Shown piece by piece: positions 1 through 15,211 of a DNA stretch of 64,000 nt. The stretch comes from the human T2T-CHM13v2.0 reference genome, Homo sapiens, in NCBI RefSeq assembly GCF_009914755.1, contig NC_060925.1; one strand, given 5' to 3'. The stretch's first letter is position 1; each line of letters opens with the position of its first letter. The position numbers and the translations under genes were made by a program. Under the pieces are notes generated by a model. The model saw only the letters and a program-made list of their open reading frames with translations, made no database searches and was not told the DNA's origin.

Positions 1-350
1 GTTTTAAGCCTAGACCTCTAAGTTTTAAGCTGAGACCTTAAGATGGCTCTGTATGCTTCTGCTTGCAATCTTAATTGCTTTCATGATAGAGTTGCTTTTG
101 CTGTGAGAACAAGCTTGACTAACCTGTTGCAGGATGAGAGACCACATGAAGAAGAATAAAAGCATCTCAGCAAACAGTCAGCCAATACTGAGTAGCAGAG
201 ATGACTAGCCTACCATTTACAGCTGACCACAGATATGAGGGGTCCCATTGTCAAAACCAGATGAATTGTCCAGCTAAGCCTAGCCAAAAATTACAAACCT
301 GAAAATTATGAGCTAAATAAATACTTCTTTGAAATCACTAAGTTTTGGGG
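1..350 (+). mobile_element. MaLR LTR fragment (MLT1H/G-like), 3' part
   Basis: cagctgaccacaga...ccagctaagcctagccaaaaatt...gagctaaataaata...cactaagttttgggg resembles the MLT1G/H LTR 3' end. Confidence 0.6.
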
Positions 351-433
351 GAGGATAGAAGATAGGAGGATATACTGAAGAGGAAAATACTGAGGACTTA
401 ATTTTTCTTCAACTAAAAAATGATAGAAATTAT

Positions 434-2052
434 ATGGAGAACTACCAACACACTGATCAAGGAAATAAGAGAGGACACAAACAAATGAAAAAACATTTCA
501 TGCTCATAGATAGGAAGAATGAATATCATGAAAATGGCCATACTGCCCAAAGTAATTTACAGAATCAATTCTATCCCCATCCAGCTACCATAGACTTTCT
601 TCACAGAATTAGAAACAACTACTTTAAATTTCATATGGAACCAAAAAAGAGCCCGTATAGCCAAGACAATCCTAAGCAAAAAGAAGAAAGCTGGAGGCAT
701 CATGCTACCTGATTTCAAACTATACTACAAGGCTACAGTAACCAAAACAGCTTGGTACTGGTACCAAAACAGAGATATGGACCAATGGAACAGAACACAG
801 GCCTCAGAAATAATGCCACATACATACAACCATCTGATCTTTGACAAACCTGACAAAAACAAGCAATAGAGAAAGTATTCTCTATTTAATAAATGGTGTT
901 GGGAAATCTGGCTACCCATATGCAGAAAATTGAAACTGGACCTTTTTTTTTTTACACCTTATACAAAAACTAACTCAAGAAAGTTTAAAGACTTAAATGT
1001 AAGACCTAAAGCCATAAAAACCCTGGAAGAAAACCTAGGCAATTCATTCAGGACATATAAGCATGAGCAAAGACTAAAAAACTAAAGAGCTTGTGCACAG
1101 CAAAAGAAACTATCATCAGAGTGAACAGGCAACCTACAGAATGGGTGAAAATGTTTGCAATCTATCCATCTGACAAAGGGCTAATATCCAGAATCCACAA
1201 GGAACTTAAACAACTCTACAGGAAAAAAAAATCAAAACGTGGGTGAAAGATATCAAAAGACACCTCTCAAAAGAAGACATTTATGCGGCCAACAAACATG
1301 AAAAAAAGCTCATCATCACTGGTCATTAGAGAAATGAAAATCAAAACCACAATGAGATACCATCTCATACCAGTTAGAATAGTGATAATTAAAAAGTCAG
1401 GAAACTACAGATGCTGGAGAGGATGTGGAGAAATAGTAATGCTTTTATACTGTTGGTGGGAATGTCAATTAGTCCAACTATTGTGGAATACAGTGTGGCA
1501 ATTCCTCAAGGATCTAGAACCAAAAATACCATTTGATTCAGCAATCTCATTACTTGTTATACACCCAAAGGATTATAAATCATTCTACTATAAAGACACA
1601 TGCACACATATGTTTATTTTAGCACTATACACAATATCAAATTTGGGTTGTAACCAACCCAAATGCCCATCAGTGATAGACTGGATCAAGAAAATGAGGC
1701 ACATATACACCATGGAATACTATGAAGCCATAAAAAGCATGAATTCATGTCCTTTGCAGGGACATGGATGGAGCTGGAAACCATAATCCTAAGCAAACTA
1801 ACACAAGAACAGAAAACCAAACACCACATTTTTCATTTTGAACAGTGAGAACACATGGACACAGGGAGGGGAACATCACACTGGGGCCTGTCATGAGGTG
1901 TCGGGCTAGGGGAGGGATAGCATTAGGATAAATATGTAATGTAGATAATGGGTTGATAGGTGCAGCAAACCACCATGGCACGTGTATACCTATGTAACAA
2001 ACCTGCACGTTCTGCACATGTATCGCAGAACTTAAAGTATAGTGAAAAAAGA
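434..2052 (+). mobile_element. 5'-truncated LINE-1, L1PA7-like (ORF2 C-terminal part + 3'UTR), inactive
   Basis: ORF 1283-1786 translates to the L1 ORF2 C-terminus (KTTMRYHL...CWRGCGE...CWWEC...KDTCTHMF). The 3'UTR ggggagggatagcattagg...gcagcaaaccaccatggcacgtgtatacc...cagaacttaaagtat is followed by an A-rich tail. Frameshifts and an internal deletion near 1075. Confidence 0.93.
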
Positions 2053-2171
2053 AATAATCATAAAGTATGTATCTTTACCAATTTTTTATTTTAAATTTTT
2101 GATAATGTATTCTACTTTTTTAATTTATATAAGCTGTATCCAGGGGTATACAAATCTTGAGCCTTTCTCAG

Positions 2172-2222
2172 TGCTTGTGTGTGTGTGCGTGTGTGTGTGC
2201 ACATGTCTGCACGTGTGTGTGT
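2172..2222. repeat. (TG)n microsatellite, interrupted
   Basis: gtgtgtgtgtgcgtgtgtgtgcac...gtgtgtgt. Confidence 0.85.
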
Positions 2223-2839
2223 TTAGAATGTATAATTTATTTTTAAAACACACTAGTTATTTCTTAATTAAACATAGCCATGGGATAGAGTTAAGAATAT
2301 AACATAAAATCTTCTCAGTCTTCTGGGGATTTCATAGAATGTAATTTTTATTGCGTTTATTTCCCCAAAGCTATATTTTAAGCAACAGAGCTACACTTGA
2401 ATATTAAGTATATAAACTTCAAGTAATGGTATTTCTATTAAAAATAGAGTCTAACATGTTTTAATTACCTAGGTCTTCTGGAATCTATGCAAGAATGCAA
2501 AAAATATATGTTGCATTGTTTTCTGACTCTTTTACTTCTTCTTTACTTACTGTTATTTTCTTAAACTTGCTGGTTTTTACTTTGGACCTGCTCCATTATT
2601 GCAAGCCAAGCTGCTGTTTTCAAAATGTACCAGCAAACAACCCTCAGATGCGATTCAGTCCAGCTGACCTGAGCCTAGCCAGTATTACCTGACTTTTACC
2701 TCAGGATTGATGAGCCTGTAATAGTCATTTATTTTAAAAATGTTAATTTAAACCGTTGAGTTTGGAGTTTTTAAAACAGTAGAATCACTAATTTATTAGA
2801 CTTAACAACAAGAATTGTAGGTAAATATTTCATTACAAA

Positions 2840-3290
2840 CAACTTTCTCCTTCAAAACTGTTTTTCTAGTTTCTACAGTCTCAGTTAATGTGACTATCCT
2901 CCACAGAGACTCTCTACTCTGTTGCTTGCCCTCCCATCCTGCAATTATCATACCTACAAATTCTATTTACTCTATATCCAATATATGTACCATACAGTTT
3001 TAACTAATGGTATGTTCAGTGCTGCTACATGCCATATTTAATCTTTTGGAAATCTAGTTAGTCAATATTTCTTTTAAAATGTTGGCATCACCTAACTACT
3101 GCTCGTAACTGCCAATTCAATCTACTGTCATTCCTACCTATACTGTTGAGCTAATTGAGCAATAGTTTTCCATGCTTCTACAAGTGGCACTCTATATTAT
3201 ATTCATAGCACAGTGGCCAAGAATAGTAACTTTATACTATAAATCAGATTATGTCAGCTTCTCAAAATGCTCCATGGTTTCCCATATTGT
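2840..3290 (+). mobile_element. L2 fragment, highly diverged
   Basis: taaatcagattatgtcagcttctcaaaatgctccatggtttccca resembles the L2 consensus; tctcagttaatgtgactatcctcc upstream. Confidence 0.45.
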
Positions 3291-5454
3291 GTGCAGCAGA
3301 CACCAGAGATAGATAACAAGAGATGCATATTCATTACAACAAAAGGAAACGACAGTTTCTATAATTAAATAAGCTAAATCTAAGCTGCATTTATAGCTAG
3401 ATTCACAGATGTAGACGTCAATAAAGATATAGACATTTTTCTCTGTAATTGGAGACCTTCCTATTTGTATAATGAAATATCAGAGAGATTGGCTCACACA
3501 AGTTTGTGGTTGGGATATTAATGGCAAACTCATATACAATTGGGGTGTGTGGGTGTGTGCACATGCACACGTGTGCCTGTGTAGTATATATGTATATATT
3601 CACTATACAATTCTCTTTTTACGTGGAAATACTATAAGGAATCAGATCAAAGCAGATTAACAAGATGTTCTGGTTGATAGGAGGGAATGGTATTGGCAAG
3701 ACAGAAAATCCTCCTTCTCATCACCAAAAGCTTCTGATGTAGAAAACACGTGAAGAAATCTACTAATCTAAAGTGTCATGAGTACACATACTATATAGTG
3801 AATATATCCAGTAGGGGATAAAATTATCTACAGAATCTGATGCTCAAAAGAAATATCTCTGAAGTTCATACGGTTCCTAACAGCAGTCTATTACCTCTAC
3901 AAGGACATTGCAGCTGAGAACAAGTTAGGAATCTTCTAAAGAACTTGCCAAGTTATTTTCAAATTCAAAATTGCTTCACTTATTTAATTAATCTTTATAA
4001 ACACATTAGATTAAGCTGTGGATGGGGAGAGGAATGACATACAGTAGGATGTATCCATGGCTTTTACCTTAAGTCCCAAGAATGGCCCCTTTTATTAACT
4101 TTTTATGATATTAAGGCAATGGAAATATTTTAAAAGCTGCATTTTTAAAATCTCTTCCACACCACTTTCCAGACACAGTCTTTTACTATTAGACAGAAAT
4201 GGATGCAGTGTAACAAGTGTGGGAACATGCCTGAATTAGCCCTGTGGTGACAGTTCTCTGATCATTTGACAAATCCTGGCCCAGGGAGTTACAATTTAAC
4301 AAGTAGAGTAGTAAATATAGAAGATTCCCTTGAAAAGTGAAATCCCTGTAGAGCAGCATTTGTAAGAATCTGAAGGAAATTTACATTTCAACACATTGTT
4401 CATTTCTACTTCCCACAGAGGACTCTCACAGAACAATTGCGTTTCTTAGAGTTTTTCTTTTTTTGCAGTAGTTTGAGTCAATGGCAAAAGCCCTGCTGCT
4501 AAGTCAGATTACCAGAATATTTTGAAAGGACACACACAAACCAAAGCCACTTTGTTAAATAACACTCTTTAAAATTTGGTACAATGAGAAAAAATAAAAA
4601 CTTCAAGTTTAGTAAATCACGGTTCAACAGCTTCATAAATTTTAATTTTTACTTATGTGCCTTATAGTCATTTGGGAATACTTTTTTTTCTTACTATGAA
4701 ACACAAATATAAGAGCTTTGTATATGCATGCCAGCAGTTGTGTGCACAAATGCCCTGAGGACTTGCATATATGCAGATATTGTTGGCCTTGTAAAATGTT
4801 CTCTTCAAGATTAAATTTTTGGCAATCTCTAACAACTATACAGCATTTTTCACTGATGCTGAGTATCTATTAACATTAAAAAAATTGCATTTCCATATGT
4901 AAAAAAAATCTGAATATTGCAAAAATTGTTCTCTGTGCAAAATCTTGTATAAGTTAATTTCAATGTAGCAATCACTATTTTTCCCCAAATGCAATGATGC
5001 AAGTATAAATTTTCTCTCAGTATGGTTAACATTCTACTTACATTCTTTAACTATTTTTATGTCTCAATTTACTTTCCATAAAAAACATATGATTTGCATT
5101 AAATAAATTACCTGTTCTAAAACATCAAGTAAATGTACTAGATATACTCAATCTACTAAATTTACTAAATACCATAATCATGTCATTTTAGAATGCTGGA
5201 GTTGAAAAAGTACAAAGAAGGTAACATCCCTAATTTCCAGAAATGCAAAAAATTCCTCCTAACACTTAAGATATTTTTTAGCTTCTCCTTGAACCTTTTA
5301 AATCCTGTAGAAATAGCTGGATCATGGAATATTTTATTACATTTTTGAATAACTGTAGCTATTTCCCAAGATCTTTCTTATATTTAGCTAAAAGCATTAA
5401 TGTTTTGTACTCATTGCTCCTAGTCTGCAGTGAGAATCATGCAATTGTTCTAAG

Positions 5455-5962
5455 TGTGATGAAAATCTGTGTCTACAAAAAGAGCTGTAAAAGCAAGTTC
5501 ACAACAGCTTTATTCATAAGAGATAATCCTGGGAACAAACAAAATGTCCACAAACAATACATAAGCAATTTGTGTAACAGTCATACAATGGAATACTACT
5601 AGCAATAGAAATAAATAAACTACTTCTAAATGACACAATATGAATGTATCTCAAAAATATTAATTTGGATATGAGAAACCAGAAATAGAACTGTATGATT
5701 CCATTTATATGAAGTATTAGAACTGAGAGCCTACAGTGATAAAAGTAAGAAAATGCTTGGTTCAAAGCCTGGGAAGAAAATGACTGGAAGGTGCAGAGTC
5801 AAAAAAATTCCTCTTTTGTGGAAATGTTATTTATCTTCACTATATATCTTTACTTCACTCGGGTTTGGGGTACACGGATATATGCTGCTATCAAAACTTA
5901 TCAAGTCAAACTCTTCAGATCATTACATTTGGTTACATGTAAATTGTATCTCAATAAAAAAT
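5455..5962 (+). mobile_element. Old L1 (L1ME-type) 3' end
   Basis: gttcacaacagctttattcata...aatggaatactact...tgtatgattccatttatatgaag...tgtaaattgtatctcaataaaaa. Confidence 0.75.
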
Positions 5963-6339
5963 GAAAGTCTTAGAGGCTGTAACAACTCAATTCTACTCAT
6001 TATTGAAACATTCTTGACATTTAGACCTACTGCCGTAGTATCACCCTATTGAACACGAGTGGTCTCTTATCTGCTTTGTTAATTCAGTAAGACGCTCTTC
6101 TCCCTAAAACACAGACACACAAGCATATACATACACTATAGTTTATTGTCACAGGAGCAAAGCTACAATGAGCCAATTAGACCTCAGCCCTGAAAACATG
6201 AGGTTAACGCTGAATAAAAAATTCTGCATAATGAACTAATTATATTGTGGAAATATATCCTTTAAGAGTAGCTGTATTTTTTCTTGGAAAGTGGAGAGAA
6301 GAGGAAGTTATTTTATAGAAAAAAAATTACAGAGACTAA

Positions 6340-6850
<511 letters not shown>

Positions 6851-8044
6851 AGTCACAAATGTATTACTTTCGTATCATTATTTTATATGGCCAGTTGAAC
6901 ACCTTCAATGAATTTTCATTGAAGCTACTATTGTAAAAGATGTGCTGGGTGATAGAGGGAACACATGTGAAGTTTAATAGAAGTTCTGCTTTAAAGACTT
7001 TAAAAAGTAGAGCACATTTTTGTTCATATCAATCAGTAAAAAGTGATATTGGCACATTTTGATTGATATCACATATATATCATTGAAATGCTGAATAAAA
7101 TATTAAAATCAGCAATAATCTTTAATAAAATGTAATGAGAAATAAAAGATTGATAAGTTCTCAAAGGCCATAGGTTCTTGAGGAAATATGCAATTGGAAG
7201 CTGCCAGTATCATACTATACTGGAATATGGGTCCAGACTACTTCATTTATTAACATAAATAAATCTATAATATGATATGAGAGATAAGTTTTTTGAGAAC
7301 AGTGCTTAAAATGATCAAATGTATCATGATGACTGGTTCTCACAGCTATAAGATAAAAAATAGTTTTGCATTACCATTAAAAATTTGTCTAATATAAACT
7401 TATACTCCTCCAAAATGAACATATTGATCCTCTCAATGCAGCTATTCATAAAATGTCTTGAATAGGTTAGATTCTAATCAAAATGCAGCATTTTATTTTT
7501 GTGAAATGTCTCACTTAAGTACCATGCAAACACAGTGTAATTTGGAATTATTTGTAAATTGCTTTATCCCATCTATTAAGTACAACATTGTACATTTGGA
7601 GAGAAAGATTTGGGGGCATAACAGCTTTCTCCAACATAAGTTTCAACAATTGACAAACAAAACTTAATGATTTTTTGAGAAGGAGTAATTTAAAATTTAT
7701 GAAAACAAACTGAAAGAAATGATAGAGAGCTTGCTGCCCTTCTCACAGCAGTGTTTGCTTTTGGCAAGGCAGCCTTGCAATCAGTACAGCAGGCTTCAAG
7801 GTGTTTTCACACAGATTTGTTATGAGGATTCATTTTCTTCCTAGTGATTGTTAATAACATCCACATTGAAAACTATAGGTATGTATGTGTGAACGCACAC
7901 CCTTTAGTTGTGGTAGGACTAGTAGTTGCTTTAGCGTACAACATTCATTTCTTCTTCAGTGGTGTATCTTACTAAGTGAAGACTTCAACTTTCTTTGAAA
8001 GCCTGTGTGTATTAAAGGTTGACTTTAAGCTTTTAATAAAGTGA

Positions 8045-8525
8045 GTATATAATTTGCAAATTTTTCCCGTTTATATAGGCATGAGGTGCCTTTTCACTCT
8101 GTTAATGGTTCCTTTTCAGTGCAGAAGCTTTTTAGTTTGCTGCAATCTCACTTGTTTACTTTTGCTTCTGTCTGTGCTTTTGGGGTCATACCTAATAAAT
8201 TATTACCCATGGTAATAACAAGAAACTTTTCCCCTGTGTTTTCTTCTAGGAGTTTACAGTTTTAGATCTATGTTTAAGTCTTTAATCTACATTAATTTGA
8301 TATTTGTGTATGGTGTTAAGGTTCCAATTTTATTTTTTTGCACATGGATATCCAGTTTTTCCACAACAATTTTTCAGAGACTTCCCTTACCTTATTATGT
8401 GTTGTTGCCATTCTTGTCAAAGATCAGTTGACTGTGTATGCATAGATTTATTTCTGGTCTCATTATTCTGTTCCATTGGTCTATATAACTGTCATTACAC
8501 CAATACTATAATTTTCTATTACTCT
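8045..8525 (-). mobile_element. Inverted 5' segment of an old L1 (L1MA9/MB-like), ORF2 region
   Basis: tttgcaaat...gtgcagaagctttttagtttg...ctgttccattggtctata is antisense L1 ORF2. Confidence 0.85.
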
Positions 8526-9450
8526 TCAAATTATATAAGAACTTTTACAATTAAATAGCAAAAAAAAAAAAAAAAAAAAAAAACAGAAAACCTAGTTACT
8601 CCAATTTTTAAAGAGGAACTAATAACTTGAATAGATATTTCTCAAAAGAAATACAAATGATGAACCAGTTTATATGAAAAATGTTCAATGCCATTAATCC
8701 TGAAGGAAATGTAAATGAAAACCACAATGAGATATCACCTCATGCCTATCAGAATGGTTATTATTCTGAAACACACACACACACACACAAAAGACTACAA
8801 ATATTCAGAAGGATGTGGAGAAATGAAAACCCTTCCACACTATTGGGAATGCAAAATGTTCCAGCCACTGTAGAAAACAATATGGAAATTTCTCAAAAAA
8901 TTAAAAATAGGATTTCCATATGACTGAACAATCCCACTCTTGAGTATTTAACCAAAATAATTAAAAATAGAGTATTGAAAATATAGCACTACCATGTTCA
9001 TTGCAGCACTATTCACAACAGTCAAGATACGAAAACAACATAAATGTCCATCAACAGATGAGTGGATGAAGAAAATGTAGTATGTACACACAAATACTAT
9101 TTAGCCTAAAAATAGAAATTCTGAAACATGCAGTAACATGAATGAAACTTGAGGACATTATGCTCAGTGAAATAACACAGTCACATTAGTACAAATACTG
9201 TGTGATTCCACTGAGATGAGATATCTAAAATAGTCAAATTCATTTCATCAAACGGTTAAATGGTTGTTGCCAGTGGCAGTAAGGAGTGGGAAATGGGAGG
9301 GTTATTATTCAATAAATTAAAGTTTCAGTCAAGTAAGGTGAATAAATTCTAGAGAACTGTTGTGCAATATTGTAACTATTGTTCATAATGTACTGTACAC
9401 TTAAATTTTGTTAAGAGGGTGGATCTCATGTTAAGTGTTATTACCAAATA
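8526..9450 (+). mobile_element. Old L1 (L1MA9/L1MB-like) 3' segment
   Basis: atataagaactt...aaccacaatgagatatcacctc...aatgtccatcaacagatgagtggat...ttaagagggtggatctcatgttaagtg; internal A24 (8560-8583) and (AC)n (8771-8788). Confidence 0.88.
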
Positions 9451-9675
9451 AGATATTATGTACATTTTTAAAATGTGGTATTTTTTATTAGTTCAAGAGG
9501 CACAGTTAAAATTGGGAAAACTGATCATTCCGTTGTAAATTGAAAATATTTATAAGGAATTTTACTCTGTGACTGCAGGTATAGTTAAGAACTTAGGCAA
9601 ATTTTATTATTTTTTCCTTAAAAAAGTCATTAAGAAAAATAATAACTTACAGGAAACTAATCTATTGATAGTCTC

Positions 9676-9871
9676 TATATATAATTAATTAATTATTATA
9701 TATATTAATATATATATTATTATATATTATATATTATATAATAATATATAATTAATAATTATATAATTATATATTATATAATATATATTATATAATAATT
9801 ATATAATATATAATTAATAATTATATATATTAATTATATATTAATTAATATATAATTAATATAATTAATAA
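9676..9871. repeat. 196-bp tract containing only A and T
   Basis: No G or C between 9676 and 9871; made of TATA/TAAT/ATTA units. Confidence 0.95.
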
Positions 9872-11752
9872 CTCATCTCATATAATAAACAAAGGAATAA
9901 GTAATATGAGAGCAAATAGCAGTCCCATTAGCATTGGGTGTTAATTATGTTTGTAACATTTTATTTTTGCTTACCCTTTCAAAAAACTCATTTGGGTACC
10001 ATATTACAAGCCTGGAATTTCTATGCTAATTGAAATCTTACAGAGGTTACAAGAACTTCCTGGTGTAGCTGGGAAGGGAAAACGCTAAATTCATGAATCC
10101 TGGCTCAAGTCAATTTTTTTTCTGAATGCAAAGGTGGATCTGATGCATTGTCTTGCATTATTTATTTCCCTTAGATACCAATCTGCTATACAGAATCACC
10201 TATATATCATGCAATTTTTCATAATCTAAGACATAACTTTTAAGGAGGAAATTGAGGAGCAGTAATAGAAAGGCAGAGACAACAAAGTATTCTCTGAACA
10301 GCTTGCGAATTGAATTTAGGTGATGGTAATTGCTAATAGAAAAAATGGCATAAACATGCTTACTATTTAAGAGTGCATAAATGAATTGTTTAGAAAACAC
10401 ATAACATAATAGACTAACTACGATCACAACAGGATAAATTCTTAAAACATGATTTTTTAATGTCAATAAGAAATAAAAATTACTTTCAAAATTTTCAGAG
10501 AGAGAAATTGATATAAAGTTATGTATGTAAGTTGAACATATAATGTGTTTTCAAAGGCTGCAGCACTTTTAAAAAAATAGAAAGTCTTTCCTCCTACATA
10601 TTCTGCACCTTCTATTAAACCTGTTTATAATTCTTCTGTCTGCTCACACTTCATTTAGCACATTGAGTTATCCTCTACCTTGGTTTGCCACTTCACTTAC
10701 ATTTCAGGGTGTGAGGTCATTTATGAAATAGTAGCTGAATATTAACTGTTATTTGAGAAAACATGAAGAAGGATAAAATTTCCATAAAGGCACTCATGCG
10801 TATTAACAATCCAATGCAACATATGTTAAGCATATGCATACTTGCTATTAAGATATAATTGATGTACAAAGAAATGCACATACTTAATGCATTTATGCTA
10901 AAGATGAGTTTGGACATATGCAAGCACCTGTGATACTATCACCACAATCAAGGCATTAGACATATCCAACACCTTCCATATTTTCTTCGTGTTCCTTTTT
11001 CTTTTCTCTTTTTCTGTGTGTGTCTATATGTGGCAAGAATATTTAACATGATATTTATTCTCCTTACAATTTCGAAGTACACAATACTATATTTTTAACT
11101 ATAGGTGCTAGGTTGTACAACAGATCTCTAGAACTTATTTATCTAGAGTAACTAAAATTTTATATTTATTGAACCACAACTGGCCATTTCTCTCACCGCC
11201 CAGTCCCTGGAAGTCATATTTTCTGCTTCTGTGAGTTTGACTATTACAGATGCCCTATATAAAATGGAATCATACGCTATTTATACTTCTGTGACTGGCT
11301 TATTTCACTTAGCATAATGCCTTTCAAGTTAACCTTTGTTGCTACAAATGGCTAATTTTCTTCCCTTTTGAGGCTTAATGATATTCTGTTATACATTCTC
11401 ATTGACTGCATGCTTCACATTTTTTTTATCCATTCATCTGTTGATGGACACTTCTTTGTTTCCCATATCTTGGCTATTGTGAACAATGTGGCAATAAATA
11501 CGGGAGTGCAGATATCACTTCTAGAATCTGACTTGAATTATTTTGGGTATATACTCAAAAGAGAAATTGCTGGATCATATGGTAATTCATTTAAAATGTT
11601 TTGAGGAACCTTAACAATGGTTGCATTATTAAACTTTATCACTAATGGTATATGAGTTCTCTTTCTCCCACATTCTCAGCTTATCATTTGCTTTTTTGAT
11701 AATAGCCATCCAAACAGGAGTATGGTGGTATCTCATTGCAGTTTTGATTTGA

Positions 11753-12444
<692 letters not shown>

Positions 12445-13100
12445 TGGAGCATGTTTTTATGTACCTTTTGGCCATTTGTATGTGGAAGTTTCTGTTCAAA
12501 CCTTTTGGCCATTTTTTAATTAGGTTATTAGATTTGTTGTTGCCTTTTATTGTTTTTGCTCTTCAGCATAGGAGTTTTTATATAGCTATTTGTTGTTTTT
12601 GCTATTCTAGGCTTTTTAAATGTATTTTGCAAATTAACAACTTAACAACATATAATTTCCAAATATGTTTTTCTACTTTATAGGTTACTTTTCCATTTTG
12701 TTGATTAATTTCTTCAGGATGATTTTTCTCTTTCTTTTTAGTTAGTTGTAGTACCACTTGACTGTTTCTGCTTTTGTTGCCTTTGCTTCTGGTGACACAT
12801 TCAAAATATCATTGCCAAGGCCAAGAAACTTTTCCTCTAGAAGTGGTACAGTTTCAGGTTTTATATTTAAGAAGTAAGTCTTCAATTAATTTTGATTCAA
12901 TTATGTGTGTGGTATAGAGGTCCCTTTTTGTTTATTTTTGCATGTAGATGTCCAGTTTTTTCAATATCATTTCTTAAAGAAATCACCTTCTCCCGATAGT
13001 GTATTTTTGGCAACCTTATCAAAGATCAATTCATCATATATTCATGGTTTATTCTGGGGCTCTCTGTTCTGTTTCATTGTAAATGAGTTACCAGTATTTA

Positions 13101-13411
13101 CTTGTTTGTCTGTTTATTAGTATTTTGTTTGTTTTTGAAATAGGGTCTTGCTCTGTCATCCAGTTTGGAGTGTAGTCACTCAATCATGGCTCACAGCATC
13201 CCTGACCTCCTGGACTCAAGTGATCCTCAGCCTCCCAAGTACCTGGAACTATGGGCATCCACCACCATGCCTGGCTAATATTTTTATTTTTTGTAGAGAT
13301 GGGGTCTCGCCTGTTGCCTAGACTGGTCTCGAACTTCTGGGCTCAAGTGATTGACTCCACCTTGCCCTCCCAAAGTGCTGGGATTACAGGGGTGAGCCAC
13401 TGTGCCTGACC
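13101..13411 (-). mobile_element. Alu, AluJ (Jo-like)
   Basis: agggtcttgctctgtc, ggactcaagtgatcct, gggctcaagtgat; TSD taccagtattta (13089-13100) / tacctgtattta (13413-13424). Confidence 0.92.
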
Positions 13412-14374
13412 CTACCTGTATTTATATAGAAGAAAAAATATTGGAGACACTTTGATATTTTAAATATGTGCATTTAACATATCTATATACATTATTGGCT
13501 ACTTTTATTGCTTTATGTTAATTGTTAAAAAATTCGTTTTGCTTTAAGAAATTAAAAATGATGTTTGACAGCAGGCAAGACACAGAACCAAGGCAGATTT
13601 TGAACTTCCAGGCTTGTTTATACCTTGAGAGATAAAGTGGAGCATATTGTATCAATGTTAGCAATCTTCTCAGATGGGTTATACTTAATTAAAATCTGAT
13701 TAATTTTCATTAACTAAAGAAAGATGAGACAATCAGAAGAAAATTTGGTGAGACACAAATACTTATAGAACAAATATACATATTGATCATCCAAGCACAT
13801 GTGAGGTCAGAAGGAGTTTCAGCCAATGGTTGGGTATTATAGTGCCATTGACATTCATAGCTGTATTATGGCGACGAGCATAGCGTGGATTAGCCTCATG
13901 CAATTCAACATTCAAACATTATACTGATTCCACACTCGTCAAGTCACCTTTTGCTTATTATTTGACTTCCTGCTGTTTCTGACTTTAAAAAAATATGCTA
14001 ATCATACTGCTTAGTTTTCTGGTCTGTTGAAATAATTATATTTCCCAAGACAAAGAAAAAAATGATATGATAATTTTATACGTTACTATTCTGAGCTTGC
14101 ATAAAATGAGAACCCTTGTGAAAATCAGGTCCTCTCTTGTGCTGAATCACATTGAGCATTAGGAATGGTATAATGATAGGATCACTATGAAAATGCCCCT
14201 GCATAAACTTTTTAGAATAGACCAGTTTAACTTTACAAAGCATCAGCTCTCTGGATTACTAAACGTGCCCTCTGCTATGCGTCATACTTCAGTATCTTAC
14301 TGAAATGTAGAAAAATCTGTAAGTTCCTCTCTCAATTGACATTTTACTGGCAAAAATGGTCTGTAGAATGATAT

Positions 14375-14850
14375 ATTCAATACTAATATTTATTAAATAT
14401 GTACTATGCATGAAATGTGTGGTAAATAGAAGAGCAGTGAACAAATTAGACGTGGTCTTTGCCAGCAAGAAACATCCAGTCTATTGACTAGAGGTGCAAA
14501 TTACACTGTAATGTTATAATGTAGGGTATAGATAAGAGAGGCAGAAAACCCACAAAGGAGTCTCTAGATTTGCCTGAGGAAGTCAGGGAACTGTCTCCTT
14601 ACAAAGAGATTAGTATACAAGGACAAGTAAGAAAGATATATGAATGGGTATTTCAAGTCAAGGACACTTTCAAAGCCATAATACTTTGCAGGAATAAAAA
14701 GTGCTTTAGTTTGTCTCCTTCAAAGTGAAAATAGGAATTAAAAATATGCTCAAGGTATAATTAAGGAAACTCAAGTGTGTGAAAGGTTTTATGTACCATG
14801 CTAAATGGTAGTTATTATCTTAGACAATGGGCAGTTTTGTCTATAGTAAT
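14375..14850 (-). mobile_element. L2 3' end fragment
   Basis: attcaatactaatatttattaaatatgtactatgca...cagtgaacaaattagacgtggtctttgcc is the antisense L2 tail. Confidence 0.55.
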
Positions 14851-15211
14851 AACAAAATATTTGGGCAAAATCATGGAGAAAGAATTAAAGTCTAGATGAT
14901 TATTAAAAGGGTGTGAATTTTAAAATTTGTTTGAATTCATACTCATATTTGTATATTTGTTTTTCTCTTCATAGCTACATTATAAATGTGAGGACAGTAC
15001 CCACATATTATTCTTTTATTATTGTTTATCTCAAGTGTGCAATATAATTTTTAGTAGCAGAAACTCAATCTACACTTTGTATTTTGTTACTAATTAAATA
15101 ACCCACCGTATTAAAAATGAAGATTTAAATATTCCAAATTATGGAAGCATGGGTTGATCAGAAATATTAAGCCCCCCTTTTTTTTTCTTACTAAAAAATT
15201 CCATTGCGAGC

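Noticed and set aside
1283-1786. 167-aa ORF with a Cys-rich motif
   Set aside because: Fragment of L1 ORF2 C-terminus in a truncated, frameshifted L1.
6903-7072. Short inverted repeats cttcaatgaa/ttcattgaag and atatcaatca/tgattgatat
   Set aside because: 10-bp arms in very AT-rich DNA are expected by chance, and the stems are too short for a miRNA hairpin.
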